A stretch of 64,000 nt of DNA, from contig CAVCUP010000011.1 in NCBI GenBank assembly GCA_963605405.1, positions 11,270 to 75,269 on the forward strand, in the 5' to 3' direction. Below are positions 53,203 to 60,410 of the stretch, one piece after another (within the stretch, counting starts at the first letter, position 1; every line of letters starts with the position of its first letter). This stretch comes from a bacterium. Its GTDB lineage: Bacteria; Actinomycetota; Coriobacteriia; Coriobacteriales; Atopobiaceae. Both the position numbers and the translations under genes were made by a program. The notes beneath the pieces were generated by a model. That model searched no databases. It was not told the DNA's origin and was given only the letters and a program-made list of their open reading frames with translations.

Positions 53203-54180
53203 TTGGACTTATCGGTAATCGTCCCCTGCTACAACGAGCAGGAGTGCCTGCCCCTTCTGTTCGATCGAGTCGTCGGCGTGTTCGGCGCAGAGGGGCTCGA
53301 TTACGAGCTGGTCTTCGTCAACGACGGCTCGAAGGACGGGACCTGGGCCCTCATCGAGGAGTTCTGCGCCTCCGGGCGCGCGCCGCACGTGAAGGCCGTG
53401 GACTTCTCGCGCAACTTCGGCAAGGAGCCAGCGATTCTCGCCGGGCTCGAGCACGCGGGCGGCGACGCGGTGGGCATCATGGACGCGGACCTGCAGCAGG
53501 AGCCCGAGACGCTCGTGGCGATGTATCGCGAGCTCATGGCGCATCCCGAGGCCGACGTCGTGGCCGCATACCAGAGCGCGCGGCACGAGAGCAAGCTGCA
53601 AGCGGCGCTCAAGGAACAGTTCTACCGCACGTTCCGCAGCCTCGCCGACGGCTGCCAGGGCATGGTCTCGGGCGCGTCCGACTTCCGGGTGTTCCGACAG
53701 GACGTGGCCCGCGCGCTTCTCTCCATGCCCGAGTACTTCCGGTTCAGCAAGGGGCTCTTTGCCTGGGTCGGGTTCGAGACGATTCCTTTCGCCTACGAGC
53801 CTGCCGAGCGTGCGGGGGGCACGAGCAAGTGGTCCCTGCGTAAGCTGATGGCGTACGCGATGGACGGGATCTTTGCTTTCTCTACCGTGCCGCTCAAGCT
53901 CGCGACCGGCGTGGGCGCGCTCGCGAGCCTGGCCGCCGTGGTGAGCTTCCTCGGCGTGCTCTGGGACACCTTCGTGCTGCGCAACACGCCGCACGGCTAT
54001 CCGACGATGGTTTGCCTGCTGCTGCTCTTCGGCGGGATGATCCTGCTCACGCTGGGCATCATCGGCGAGTACCTCGCGCGCATTTACATGGAGGGCAAGC
54101 ACCGGCCGGTCTTTATCGCCAAGCGTACCCTGAGCGCCGAGGACGGCGAGGTCACGCGCGGCGGGTTCGAGCGGAATTAG
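53203..54180 (+). CDS. GT2 family polyprenyl-phosphate glycosyltransferase (CsbB/GtrB/ArnC-like)
   Basis: It has LSVIVPCYNEQECL, the DxD region (IMDADLQ) and two C-terminal TM helices, which is typical of GtrB/ArnC-type enzymes. It starts at TTG after GGAGG. Confidence 0.85.
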   Translation: MDLSVIVPCYNEQECLPLLFDRVVGVFGAEGLDYELVFVNDGSKDGTWALIEEFCASGRAPHVKAVDFSRNFGKEPAILAGLEHAGGDAVGIMDADLQQEPETLVAMYRELMAHPEADVVAAYQSARHESKLQAALKEQFYRTFRSLADGCQGMVSGASDFRVFRQDVARALLSMPEYFRFSKGLFAWVGFETIPFAYEPAERAGGTSKWSLRKLMAYAMDGIFAFSTVPLKLATGVGALASLAAVVSFLGVLWDTFVLRNTPHGYPTMVCLLLLFGGMILLTLGIIGEYLARIYMEGKHRPVFIAKRTLSAEDGEVTRGGFERN

Positions 54181-55415
54181 ATCGACGCGGTGTATTCGCA
54201 GGTATCGGCGTTGAACCCGTCGCCGAGCCGCTCTTGGCAGAAGTCGATGCACCACTCGCGCGTGAAGCCGCCGCCCTCGAGGTTGGACGACGCGGCTGAG
54301 GCGAGCCCATCGTCGTAGTCGACCAGCTTGTACGTGGTGAGGTCGGCGTTGTACACCTTATGTGTGACGAGCGCGGTGAGGCCGGCCGACGTCACGGAGA
54401 CCTCCCCGCCCGCGAACTCGATCGCCACGTGCCCCAGCCCTCCCAGCATGGACTGCTTGGCCACCATGGTGGAGACGAAGTTGCCCAGCGACCAGTACAC
54501 GGGCACCCGGCGCCCGTCGGCAGCCGTGAGCACCTCCACAGGCTGCATGACGTGCGGGTGGTTGCCAAAGATCACCGTCGCGCCGAGCTCGATGAAGCGC
54601 TCGGCCCACCCGCGCTGGTAGTCGTTCGGCCCCTCGGCGTACTCCTCGCCCCAGTGCGGGCACACGATGATGGCTTCGGCGCCCGCAGCCTTCGCCGCCG
54701 CGAAGTCGGCATCGACCTGCTCGTCGGTGAGCATGCGCACGGCCCAGGGGCAGCCGTCGGGCAGCGGGATACCGTTCGTGTCCTGCGTGAAGTTAAGAAT
54801 CGCGACCTTGTGGCCGGCGAGCTCCACCACCGGCACGACGGCGGCGGCCTCCTCGGAGTCCGCCATGCCCGTGACCACGGCCTGGGGGAAGTTCGCGCGC
54901 CAGTACGAGAGCTCGGACTCGATGCCCGCCATGCCCTGGTCGATCGCGTGGTTGTTCGCATGGAGAAACGCGTCGAACCCGGCCGCGACCTCGGCGTCGG
55001 CGAACTCCTGCGGGCTGTTGAAGGTCGGGTAGCCGGAGAACCCGAGCGACTCACCTCCAAGGATGGTCTCTTGGTCGAGCATGGCGAGGTCGAGGGACTC
55101 GACGTCGGCGCGAACGTTCTCGAAGATGTGGTCGTAGTTGCGCGAGCCGTCGGCCTGCTCGCCGCTCTTCCACACGTAGGTGTGCACGAGGATGTCGCCG
55201 ACCATGCCGACGGTCACGGTCGCGTCCGGGGCGGCCGGCGCGGCCTCGACCTGCGCCTCTTCCTGGACGGAGATGCCCCGGTCATGCACGACGGCCTTCT
55301 CCTCGGGCGCGGTTTCCTGGGCCGGCTCGCCGGATGAGCAGCCGGCAAGAAGCCCCGCCCCGCCGAGTCCCAGGGCCGCGAGGAAGGCGCGGCGAGAAAA
55401 GCTGCCGTTGACCAT
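54177..55415 (-). CDS. CapA family (PGA_cap metallophosphatase-like) lipoprotein
   Basis: It has a Tat/lipoprotein signal SRRAFLAALGLGGAGLLAGC and the HWGEEY motif. The protein is 412 aa. Confidence 0.82.
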   Translation of the reverse strand: MVNGSFSRRAFLAALGLGGAGLLAGCSSGEPAQETAPEEKAVVHDRGISVQEEAQVEAAPAAPDATVTVGMVGDILVHTYVWKSGEQADGSRNYDHIFENVRADVESLDLAMLDQETILGGESLGFSGYPTFNSPQEFADAEVAAGFDAFLHANNHAIDQGMAGIESELSYWRANFPQAVVTGMADSEEAAAVVPVVELAGHKVAILNFTQDTNGIPLPDGCPWAVRMLTDEQVDADFAAAKAAGAEAIIVCPHWGEEYAEGPNDYQRGWAERFIELGATVIFGNHPHVMQPVEVLTAADGRRVPVYWSLGNFVSTMVAKQSMLGGLGHVAIEFAGGEVSVTSAGLTALVTHKVYNADLTTYKLVDYDDGLASAASSNLEGGGFTREWCIDFCQERLGDGFNADTCEYTASI

Positions 55416-55442
55416 ATGCTTCTCCTTAACTCGAAAAAGCCG

Positions 55443-55470
55443 GGGCGGTCCCGCCCCGGCCGAAGGTCCC
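55443..55470 (-). terminator. Intrinsic terminator after asnS
   Basis: The minus strand reads GCCGGGGCGG-GA-CCGCCCCGGC followed by UUUUUCGAG. Confidence 0.75.
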
Positions 55471-55477
55471 GACCGGC

Positions 55478-56887
55478 CTAGAACTCTGCGTTGCCCACGG
55501 TGCGCGGGTGCGGCAGAACGTCGCGGATGTTGTCGACGCCGGTGAGATACATGACCAGGCGCTCGAAGCCGAGGCCGAAGCCAGCGTGCTTGCAGCCGCC
55601 GTAGCGGCGCAGGTCGAGGTAGTACTTGTACTGCTCCGGATCCATGCCGAGCTCACGGATGCGGGACTCGAGGACGTCGAGGCGCTCCTCGCGCTGCGAG
55701 CCGCCGATGATCTCGCCGATGCCGGGGACGAGGCAGTCGGCCGCGGCCACGGTCTTGCCGTCGTCGTTCAGGCGCATGTAGAAGGCCTTGATGGCGGCCG
55801 GGTAGTCGGTCACGAAGGTCGGTCGCTGGAAATGCTCCTCGGTGAGGTAGCGCTCATGCTCGGTCTGCAAGTCGCAGCCCCAGCTCACGGGGTACTCGAA
55901 CTTCTTGCCGCCGGCCTGGGCCTCCTCGAGGATCTTGATGGCCTCGGTGTAGGTCACGCGCGCGAAGTCGGAGCCCGCCACGTGATGCAGGCGCTCGAGC
56001 AGGCCCTTATCCACGAACTTGTTGAAGAACTCCATCTCGTCGGGACAGACGTCGAGCACGTGGTTGATGACGTACTTGAGCATGTCCTCTGCGCAGGCCA
56101 TGTCGCCGGCGAGGTCGCAGAAGGCAAGCTCGGGCTCGACCATCCAGAACTCGGCGGCGTGGCGGCGAGTGTTGGAGTTCTCGGCGCGGAAGGTCGGGCC
56201 GAAGGTGTAGACGTCGCCGAAGCTCAGGGCGAAGTTCTCGGCCTGGAGCTGGCCGGAAACGGTGAGGTTCGTGGCCTTGCCGAAGAAGTCCTGGCTCCAG
56301 TCGATGGTGCCGTCGTCCTTGCGGGGCGGGTTCGCGGGATCGAGCGTGGTCACGCGGAACATCTCGCCGGCGCCCTCGGCGTCCGAGGCGGTGATGATGG
56401 GCGTGTTCACATAGACGAAGCCGCGCTCCTGGAAGAAGCTATGGATGGCGAAGGCGGCCACGCTGCGCACGCGGAAGACGGCGCGGAAGAGGTTCGTGCG
56501 GCTGCGCAGGTGCTGCTGGGTGCGCAGGAACTCGCGGGTCTGGCGCTTCTTCTGCATGGGGTAGTCGGGGGCGGAGGCACCCTCCACCTCGATGGACTCG
56601 GCCTGGAGCTCGAAGGGCTGCGGGCGGTCCGGGGTAAGGGCCAGCACGCCGGTAAAGCGCAGGGCCGCGCCCACGGACTGGGCGATGACGCCGTCGTAGA
56701 CCTCGTCGCCGAGCTTCTCTCGGTTAACGACGACCTGCAGGTCCTTGAAGCAGCTGCCGTCGTTTAAGGTGACGAAGCCGAAGTTCTTCATGTCGCGGAT
56801 GGAGCGGACCCAACCGGCGACGGTGACGGTCTGCCCACCGAGCTCGTCGGCGTCGGCGAAGAGGCTCGCTATGGTGTTGCGATCCAT
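55478..56887 (-). CDS. asnS: Asparagine--tRNA ligase
   Basis: 469 aa, class IIb. It carries [25 protein letters not shown] and a C-terminal GFGLGFERL. Confidence 0.96.
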   Translation of the reverse strand: MDRNTIASLFADADELGGQTVTVAGWVRSIRDMKNFGFVTLNDGSCFKDLQVVVNREKLGDEVYDGVIAQSVGAALRFTGVLALTPDRPQPFELQAESIEVEGASAPDYPMQKKRQTREFLRTQQHLRSRTNLFRAVFRVRSVAAFAIHSFFQERGFVYVNTPIITASDAEGAGEMFRVTTLDPANPPRKDDGTIDWSQDFFGKATNLTVSGQLQAENFALSFGDVYTFGPTFRAENSNTRRHAAEFWMVEPELAFCDLAGDMACAEDMLKYVINHVLDVCPDEMEFFNKFVDKGLLERLHHVAGSDFARVTYTEAIKILEEAQAGGKKFEYPVSWGCDLQTEHERYLTEEHFQRPTFVTDYPAAIKAFYMRLNDDGKTVAAADCLVPGIGEIIGGSQREERLDVLESRIRELGMDPEQYKYYLDLRRYGGCKHAGFGLGFERLVMYLTGVDNIRDVLPHPRTVGNAEF

Positions 56888-57010
56888 GGTTCTCCCTTGA
56901 TGTTCGTACAGGCGCTGTTTTGACTTGTCTACGGTACCCCAACGGGGGCCGAGCGGCTAGAATCGAGGCTGCGCACGACACACACGAAACCCCGAACGGC
57001 AGGAGGCCGC

Positions 57011-57673
57011 ATGGAAGACTACAAGCGCGAGTTCATTGACTTCATGGTCGAGAGCAACGTCCTCAAGTTCGGCGAGTTCACGCTCAAGAGCGGGCGCAAG
57101 TCGCCGTTCTTTATGAACGCGGGCGCCTACGTGACGGGCTCGCAGCTCAAGCGCCTCGGCGAGTTCTACGCGCAGGCCATCCACGACAACTTCGGCGACG
57201 ACTTCGACGTGCTCTTCGGGCCGGCGTACAAGGGCATCCCCCTGGCCGTCGTGACCGCCATCGCGTACAGCGAGCTCTACGGACGCGAAATCAAGTACTG
57301 CTGCGACCGCAAGGAGGCTAAGGACCACGGCGCCGACAAGGGCAACCTTCTGGGCTACGAGCCCCAGGACGGCGACCGCGTGGTGATGGTCGAGGACGTG
57401 ACCACCTCCGGCAAGTCCATCGACGAGACCTATCCCAAGGTCATGGCCGCGGCGAACGTCGAGATCAAGGGCCTGATCGTGAGCCTCAACCGCATGGAGG
57501 TCGGCAAGGGCGGCAAGGTCACCGCGCAGCAGGAGATTCAGGAGAAGTACGGCTTCCCCGTGGCGAGCATCGTGAGCATGGCCGAGGTCGTCGAGGCGCT
57601 GGACGGCAAGCTCATCACCCCGGAGCTGCACGCCGCCATCGACGAGTACTACGCGCAGTACGGCGTCAAGTAG
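57011..57673 (+). CDS. pyrE: Orotate phosphoribosyltransferase
   Basis: 220 aa. It carries FGEFTLKSGRKSPFF and the PRPP loop VVMVEDVTTSGKS. Confidence 0.96.
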   Translation: MEDYKREFIDFMVESNVLKFGEFTLKSGRKSPFFMNAGAYVTGSQLKRLGEFYAQAIHDNFGDDFDVLFGPAYKGIPLAVVTAIAYSELYGREIKYCCDRKEAKDHGADKGNLLGYEPQDGDRVVMVEDVTTSGKSIDETYPKVMAAANVEIKGLIVSLNRMEVGKGGKVTAQQEIQEKYGFPVASIVSMAEVVEALDGKLITPELHAAIDEYYAQYGVK

Positions 57674-57704
57674 GTCGGCCGGACCAAATTGCGTGAGCAG
57701 CAAG

Positions 57705-57735
57705 CGCCCGCCGGGATGCCGGCGGGCGTTTCTTT
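57705..57735 (+). terminator. Intrinsic terminator after pyrE
   Basis: CGCCCGCCGG-gatg-CCGGCGGGCG followed by TTTCTTT. Confidence 0.8.
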
Positions 57736-57834
57736 ACGGCGCGGTACCGCTGCACGGGGTACTAAGCCGAAGCGAGGCGGGCGTGCTTCAGGCAATACGC
57801 CCAACCCCGGCACGGTCACGGACCATGTGGTGCA

Positions 57835-57992
57835 CACTTTTTCGAGATTGTGCGTGCATTGTTGTATATTTGATGCGGTAATTTGGCGCATGTCGAATCG
57901 CTTTCCTGGGATTTTGCGTCAACCTCATCGCGTCGAGACCCTCCCCTACTCGCCGAACCCCCCGAAAATCCACGCACAATCTCAAAAAAGTG
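57835..57992. repeat. 158-nt lower-G+C element bounded by 22-nt inverted repeats (candidate MITE or structured sRNA)
   Basis: CACTTTTTCGAGATTGTGCGTG (57835..57856) matches CACGCACAATCTCAAAAAAGTG (57971..57992). The 13-nt core is perfectly complementary. Confidence 0.7.
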
Positions 57993-57996
57993 ATCA

Positions 57997-58036
57997 GAAA
58001 AGCGCCCGAGGCCCCGTTTTGGGGTTCTCGGGCGCT
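57997..58036 (-). terminator. Intrinsic terminator after the purH-like gene
   Basis: AGCGCCCGAG (58001..58010) pairs with CTCGGGCGCT (58027..58036), with an inner GCCCC/GGGG(T) pairing. The minus strand continues UUUUCUGAUCACUUUUUU. Confidence 0.75.
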
Positions 58037-58091
58037 CGTTAACGTGCAGCACGGCCCCACGCAGCAGCGAGGAGGGCCGCCGAGCCGCGTC

Positions 58092-59270
58092 CTAGTGGTG
58101 GAACAGGCGCATGTGGGTGAAGGCCATCGCCATGTTGTACTTGTCGGCGGTCTCGATCACGTTGTCGTCGCGCACGGAGCCGCCGGGCTGCGCGATGTAG
58201 CTCACGCCGGACTTGTGGGCACGCTCGACGTTGTCGCCGAAGGGGAAGAAAGCGTCGGAGCCCAAGGCGACGCCGGTCTGCGTCGCGACCCAAGCGGCCT
58301 TCTCCTCGCGAGTCAGGACCTCAGGCTTCTCGGCGAACCACTTCTGCCACTCGCCCTCGGCCAGGACATCGTCGTGCTCGTCGGAGATGTACACGTCGAT
58401 GGCATTGTCGCGGTTGGCGCGGCGGATGCCGTCGACGAACTTGAGGCCGAGCACCTTCGGGTGCTGGCGCAGGAACCAGGTGTCGGCCTTGTTGCCGGCA
58501 AGGCGCGTGCAGTGGACGCGGCTCTGCTGACCCGCGCCGACGCCGATGGCCTGGCCGTCCTTGACGTAGCACACTGAGTTGGACTGCGTGTACTTGAGGG
58601 TGATGAGGCTCACGATCATGTCGCGCTTCGCGGCCTCGGGGATCTCCTTGTTCACGGTCACGACGTCGCCGAGCAGCTCCTCGTTGATCTCGAAGAAGTT
58701 ATGACCCTGCTCGAAGCTGATGCCGAAGACGTCCTTGGTCTCGATGGCCGGGCACACGTAATCGGGGTCAATCTGCACGACGTTGTACTTGCCGCCCTTC
58801 TTGGCGGAGAGAATCGCGAGGGCCTCAGGCGTGTACCCGGGGGCGATGATGCCGTCGGAGACCTCGTGCTTGATGTAGAGGGCGGTGCGCTCGTCGCAGA
58901 TATCGGACAGCGCGGCCCAATCGCCGTAGGAGCTCATGCGGTCGGCGCCGCGGGCGCGGATGTAGGCGCAGGCGATGGGGGTGAGCTCACCCTCTTCCTG
59001 CACGAAGTAGATCTGCCTATCGGTCTCGGAGAGGGGCAGGCCCACGGCAGCGCCGGCCGGCGAGACGTGCTTGAAGGACGCGGCGGCGGGCAGGCCCGTG
59101 GCCTCCTTGAGCTCGCGAACGAGCTGCCAGGAGTTAAGGGCGTCCAGGAAGTTGATGTAGCCGGGCTTGCCGGAAAGGACGGTCACGGGCAGGTCGGAGC
59201 CGTCCTTCATGTAGATGCGGGAAGGCTTCTGGTTGGGGTTGCAGCCGTACTTGAGCTCGAGCTCGTTCAC
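58092..59270 (-). CDS. purH: AICAR formyltransferase (PurH-like, AICARFT domain only, no MGS/IMPCH domain)
   Basis: Start GTG 59270 (VNELELKYGCNPNQKP) with GGAGAA 9 nt upstream. It carries FKHVSPAGAAVG and the ending ...MRLFHH. The ORF-track start at 59366 lies inside a palindromic element and is rejected. Confidence 0.85.
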   Translation of the reverse strand: MNELELKYGCNPNQKPSRIYMKDGSDLPVTVLSGKPGYINFLDALNSWQLVRELKEATGLPAAASFKHVSPAGAAVGLPLSETDRQIYFVQEEGELTPIACAYIRARGADRMSSYGDWAALSDICDERTALYIKHEVSDGIIAPGYTPEALAILSAKKGGKYNVVQIDPDYVCPAIETKDVFGISFEQGHNFFEINEELLGDVVTVNKEIPEAAKRDMIVSLITLKYTQSNSVCYVKDGQAIGVGAGQQSRVHCTRLAGNKADTWFLRQHPKVLGLKFVDGIRRANRDNAIDVYISDEHDDVLAEGEWQKWFAEKPEVLTREEKAAWVATQTGVALGSDAFFPFGDNVERAHKSGVSYIAQPGGSVRDDNVIETADKYNMAMAFTHMRLFHH

Positions 59271-59328
59271 TTTGGGTTCTCCGTTCTGAATCACGTTAAG
59301 GGGCGATTCTCTAAATCCGGGATCGTTT

Positions 59329-59440
59329 GGCGAGAAGGGACTGCATCTGTAGGCGCAGTTCCGCATGAGCCGGACGAGACTTAATGTCTCGTCCGTGCGA
59401 ACAGGACTGTTTGAGCACTACAGATGCAGTCCTTCTCGCC
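59329..59440. repeat. Nested palindromic element in the purO-purH spacer
   Basis: The outer arms are GGCGAGAAGGGACTGCATCTGTAG (59329..59352) and CTACAGATGCAGTCCTTCTCGCC (59418..59440), with one bulged base. The inner perfect 10-bp hairpin is CGGACGAGAC-ttaat-GTCTCGTCCG (59371..59395). Confidence 0.8.
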
Positions 59441-59460
59441 ATGCAAGCCCGGTGGACCTT

Positions 59461-60099
59461 CTAGTCACCGAGGTTCTTGTTGTAGATCGTTACCTCGCCG
59501 CCGCGCTTGGCGTAGAGGGAGACCTTGTTATCGGCGTTGAGAGCCGCCCAGACCTCATCGGCGTCGGAGGGCAGCGCGACCTCAACAGGCTCGCCGGCAA
59601 AGGTCGGCAGCGGGTTTCCGTCGCCCTGATAGGTGGAGATGAAGTAACCCACGCCCTCGTCGGCACCCTCATAGGCAAAGAAGTTCCGCTGGCAACGGCC
59701 GTTCTCCTGGTGCTTGAGGATGGAGATCTCGAAGGTGCCGTCCTCGTTGATGACGGCGCTGATGCGCGGGGTGAAGTTCGGGGCATCGGGCTCGAACTCG
59801 CGGGCCATGCAGCCGTCGCGGAAGCTGCCGGCGTTGACGATGGTGTCGGTCTGGTCGCCGTTGGTCACGACGAGCTTCTTGCCCATGGTGCGGACCGGGT
59901 GGTAGATGATCAGGCTCGGGTCCTCGAGCAGCGCCGGGTCGTGGGCCTGGGTGCGGATACCGTCGTTGGTGGGCACAAAGACGCGGTTGCGCGAGTTGGC
60001 GCTGCGGCCCATGATCCAGTAGTAGACGACGTCCTTGCCCACCACGATGCCGCGGCCGGGATACGGGTTGGAACGGAGGAGCTCGGTCAGGTCTTGCAT
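59461..60099 (-). CDS. purO: IMP cyclohydrolase, archaeal PurO type
   Basis: Start MQDLTELLRSNPYPGRGIVVGKD..., then IMGRSANSRNR and ...LVVTNGDQTD. The family is assigned from memory of PurO-like proteins. The ORF-track start at 60234 is rejected because it would run through the riboswitch. Confidence 0.8.
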   Translation of the reverse strand: MQDLTELLRSNPYPGRGIVVGKDVVYYWIMGRSANSRNRVFVPTNDGIRTQAHDPALLEDPSLIIYHPVRTMGKKLVVTNGDQTDTIVNAGSFRDGCMAREFEPDAPNFTPRISAVINEDGTFEISILKHQENGRCQRNFFAYEGADEGVGYFISTYQGDGNPLPTFAGEPVEVALPSDADEVWAALNADNKVSLYAKRGGEVTIYNKNLGD

Positions 60100-60146
60100 C
60101 GGCACATCCCTTCGGTAAGGAACCGCCCCAAGCAGAATCGGCCGCC

Positions 60147-60260
60147 AAAAAAGAAGGCAAGCCACCTCTGCGCAGAGAACGGCTTGCCCAGACGGTCGGC
60201 ACTGAATATGTTCGCGCTGCTCCCCCGCGGTCACCCGCGATTATCCGTCAGTCACAACGC
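60147..60260 (-). promoter_or_regulatory. ZTP (pfl motif) riboswitch with intrinsic-terminator expression platform
   Basis: The minus-strand RNA reads GCGUUG-UGACUGACGG-AUAAU-CGCGG-GUGA-CCGCG-GGGGAG-CAGCGC, then a linker, then CCGACCGUCUGGGCAAGCC. P1 is GCGUUG/CAGCGC and P2 is CGCGG/CCGCG. The conserved UGACUG.CGG and CCGACCG.CUGGGCA blocks are present. The terminator GGCAAGCC...GGCUUGCC + UUCUUUUUU (60188..60147) overlaps the 3' aptamer block. Confidence 0.8.
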
Positions 60261-60410
60261 TGGGGCCAGTTTAGCAGTGGCATGGCGGGCGAGCCGGCGA
60301 GAAGGGCGCCGAGCACAAACTCGGGACAAATCGACGAGCGGGACCGCGCGACAGCACCAGGGCGCTACGCCCGTGGCCACAGCACGTGAAGGCGTGCGGC
60401 CAGGCCTCCC

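Noticed and set aside
57689-58060. Small ORFs (117 aa, 62 aa, 90 aa, 78 aa) in the pyrE-purH gap
   Set aside because: They have no RBS and odd composition. They overlap each other on both strands and run through both terminators. The region is treated as non-coding (see the inverted-repeat element finding).
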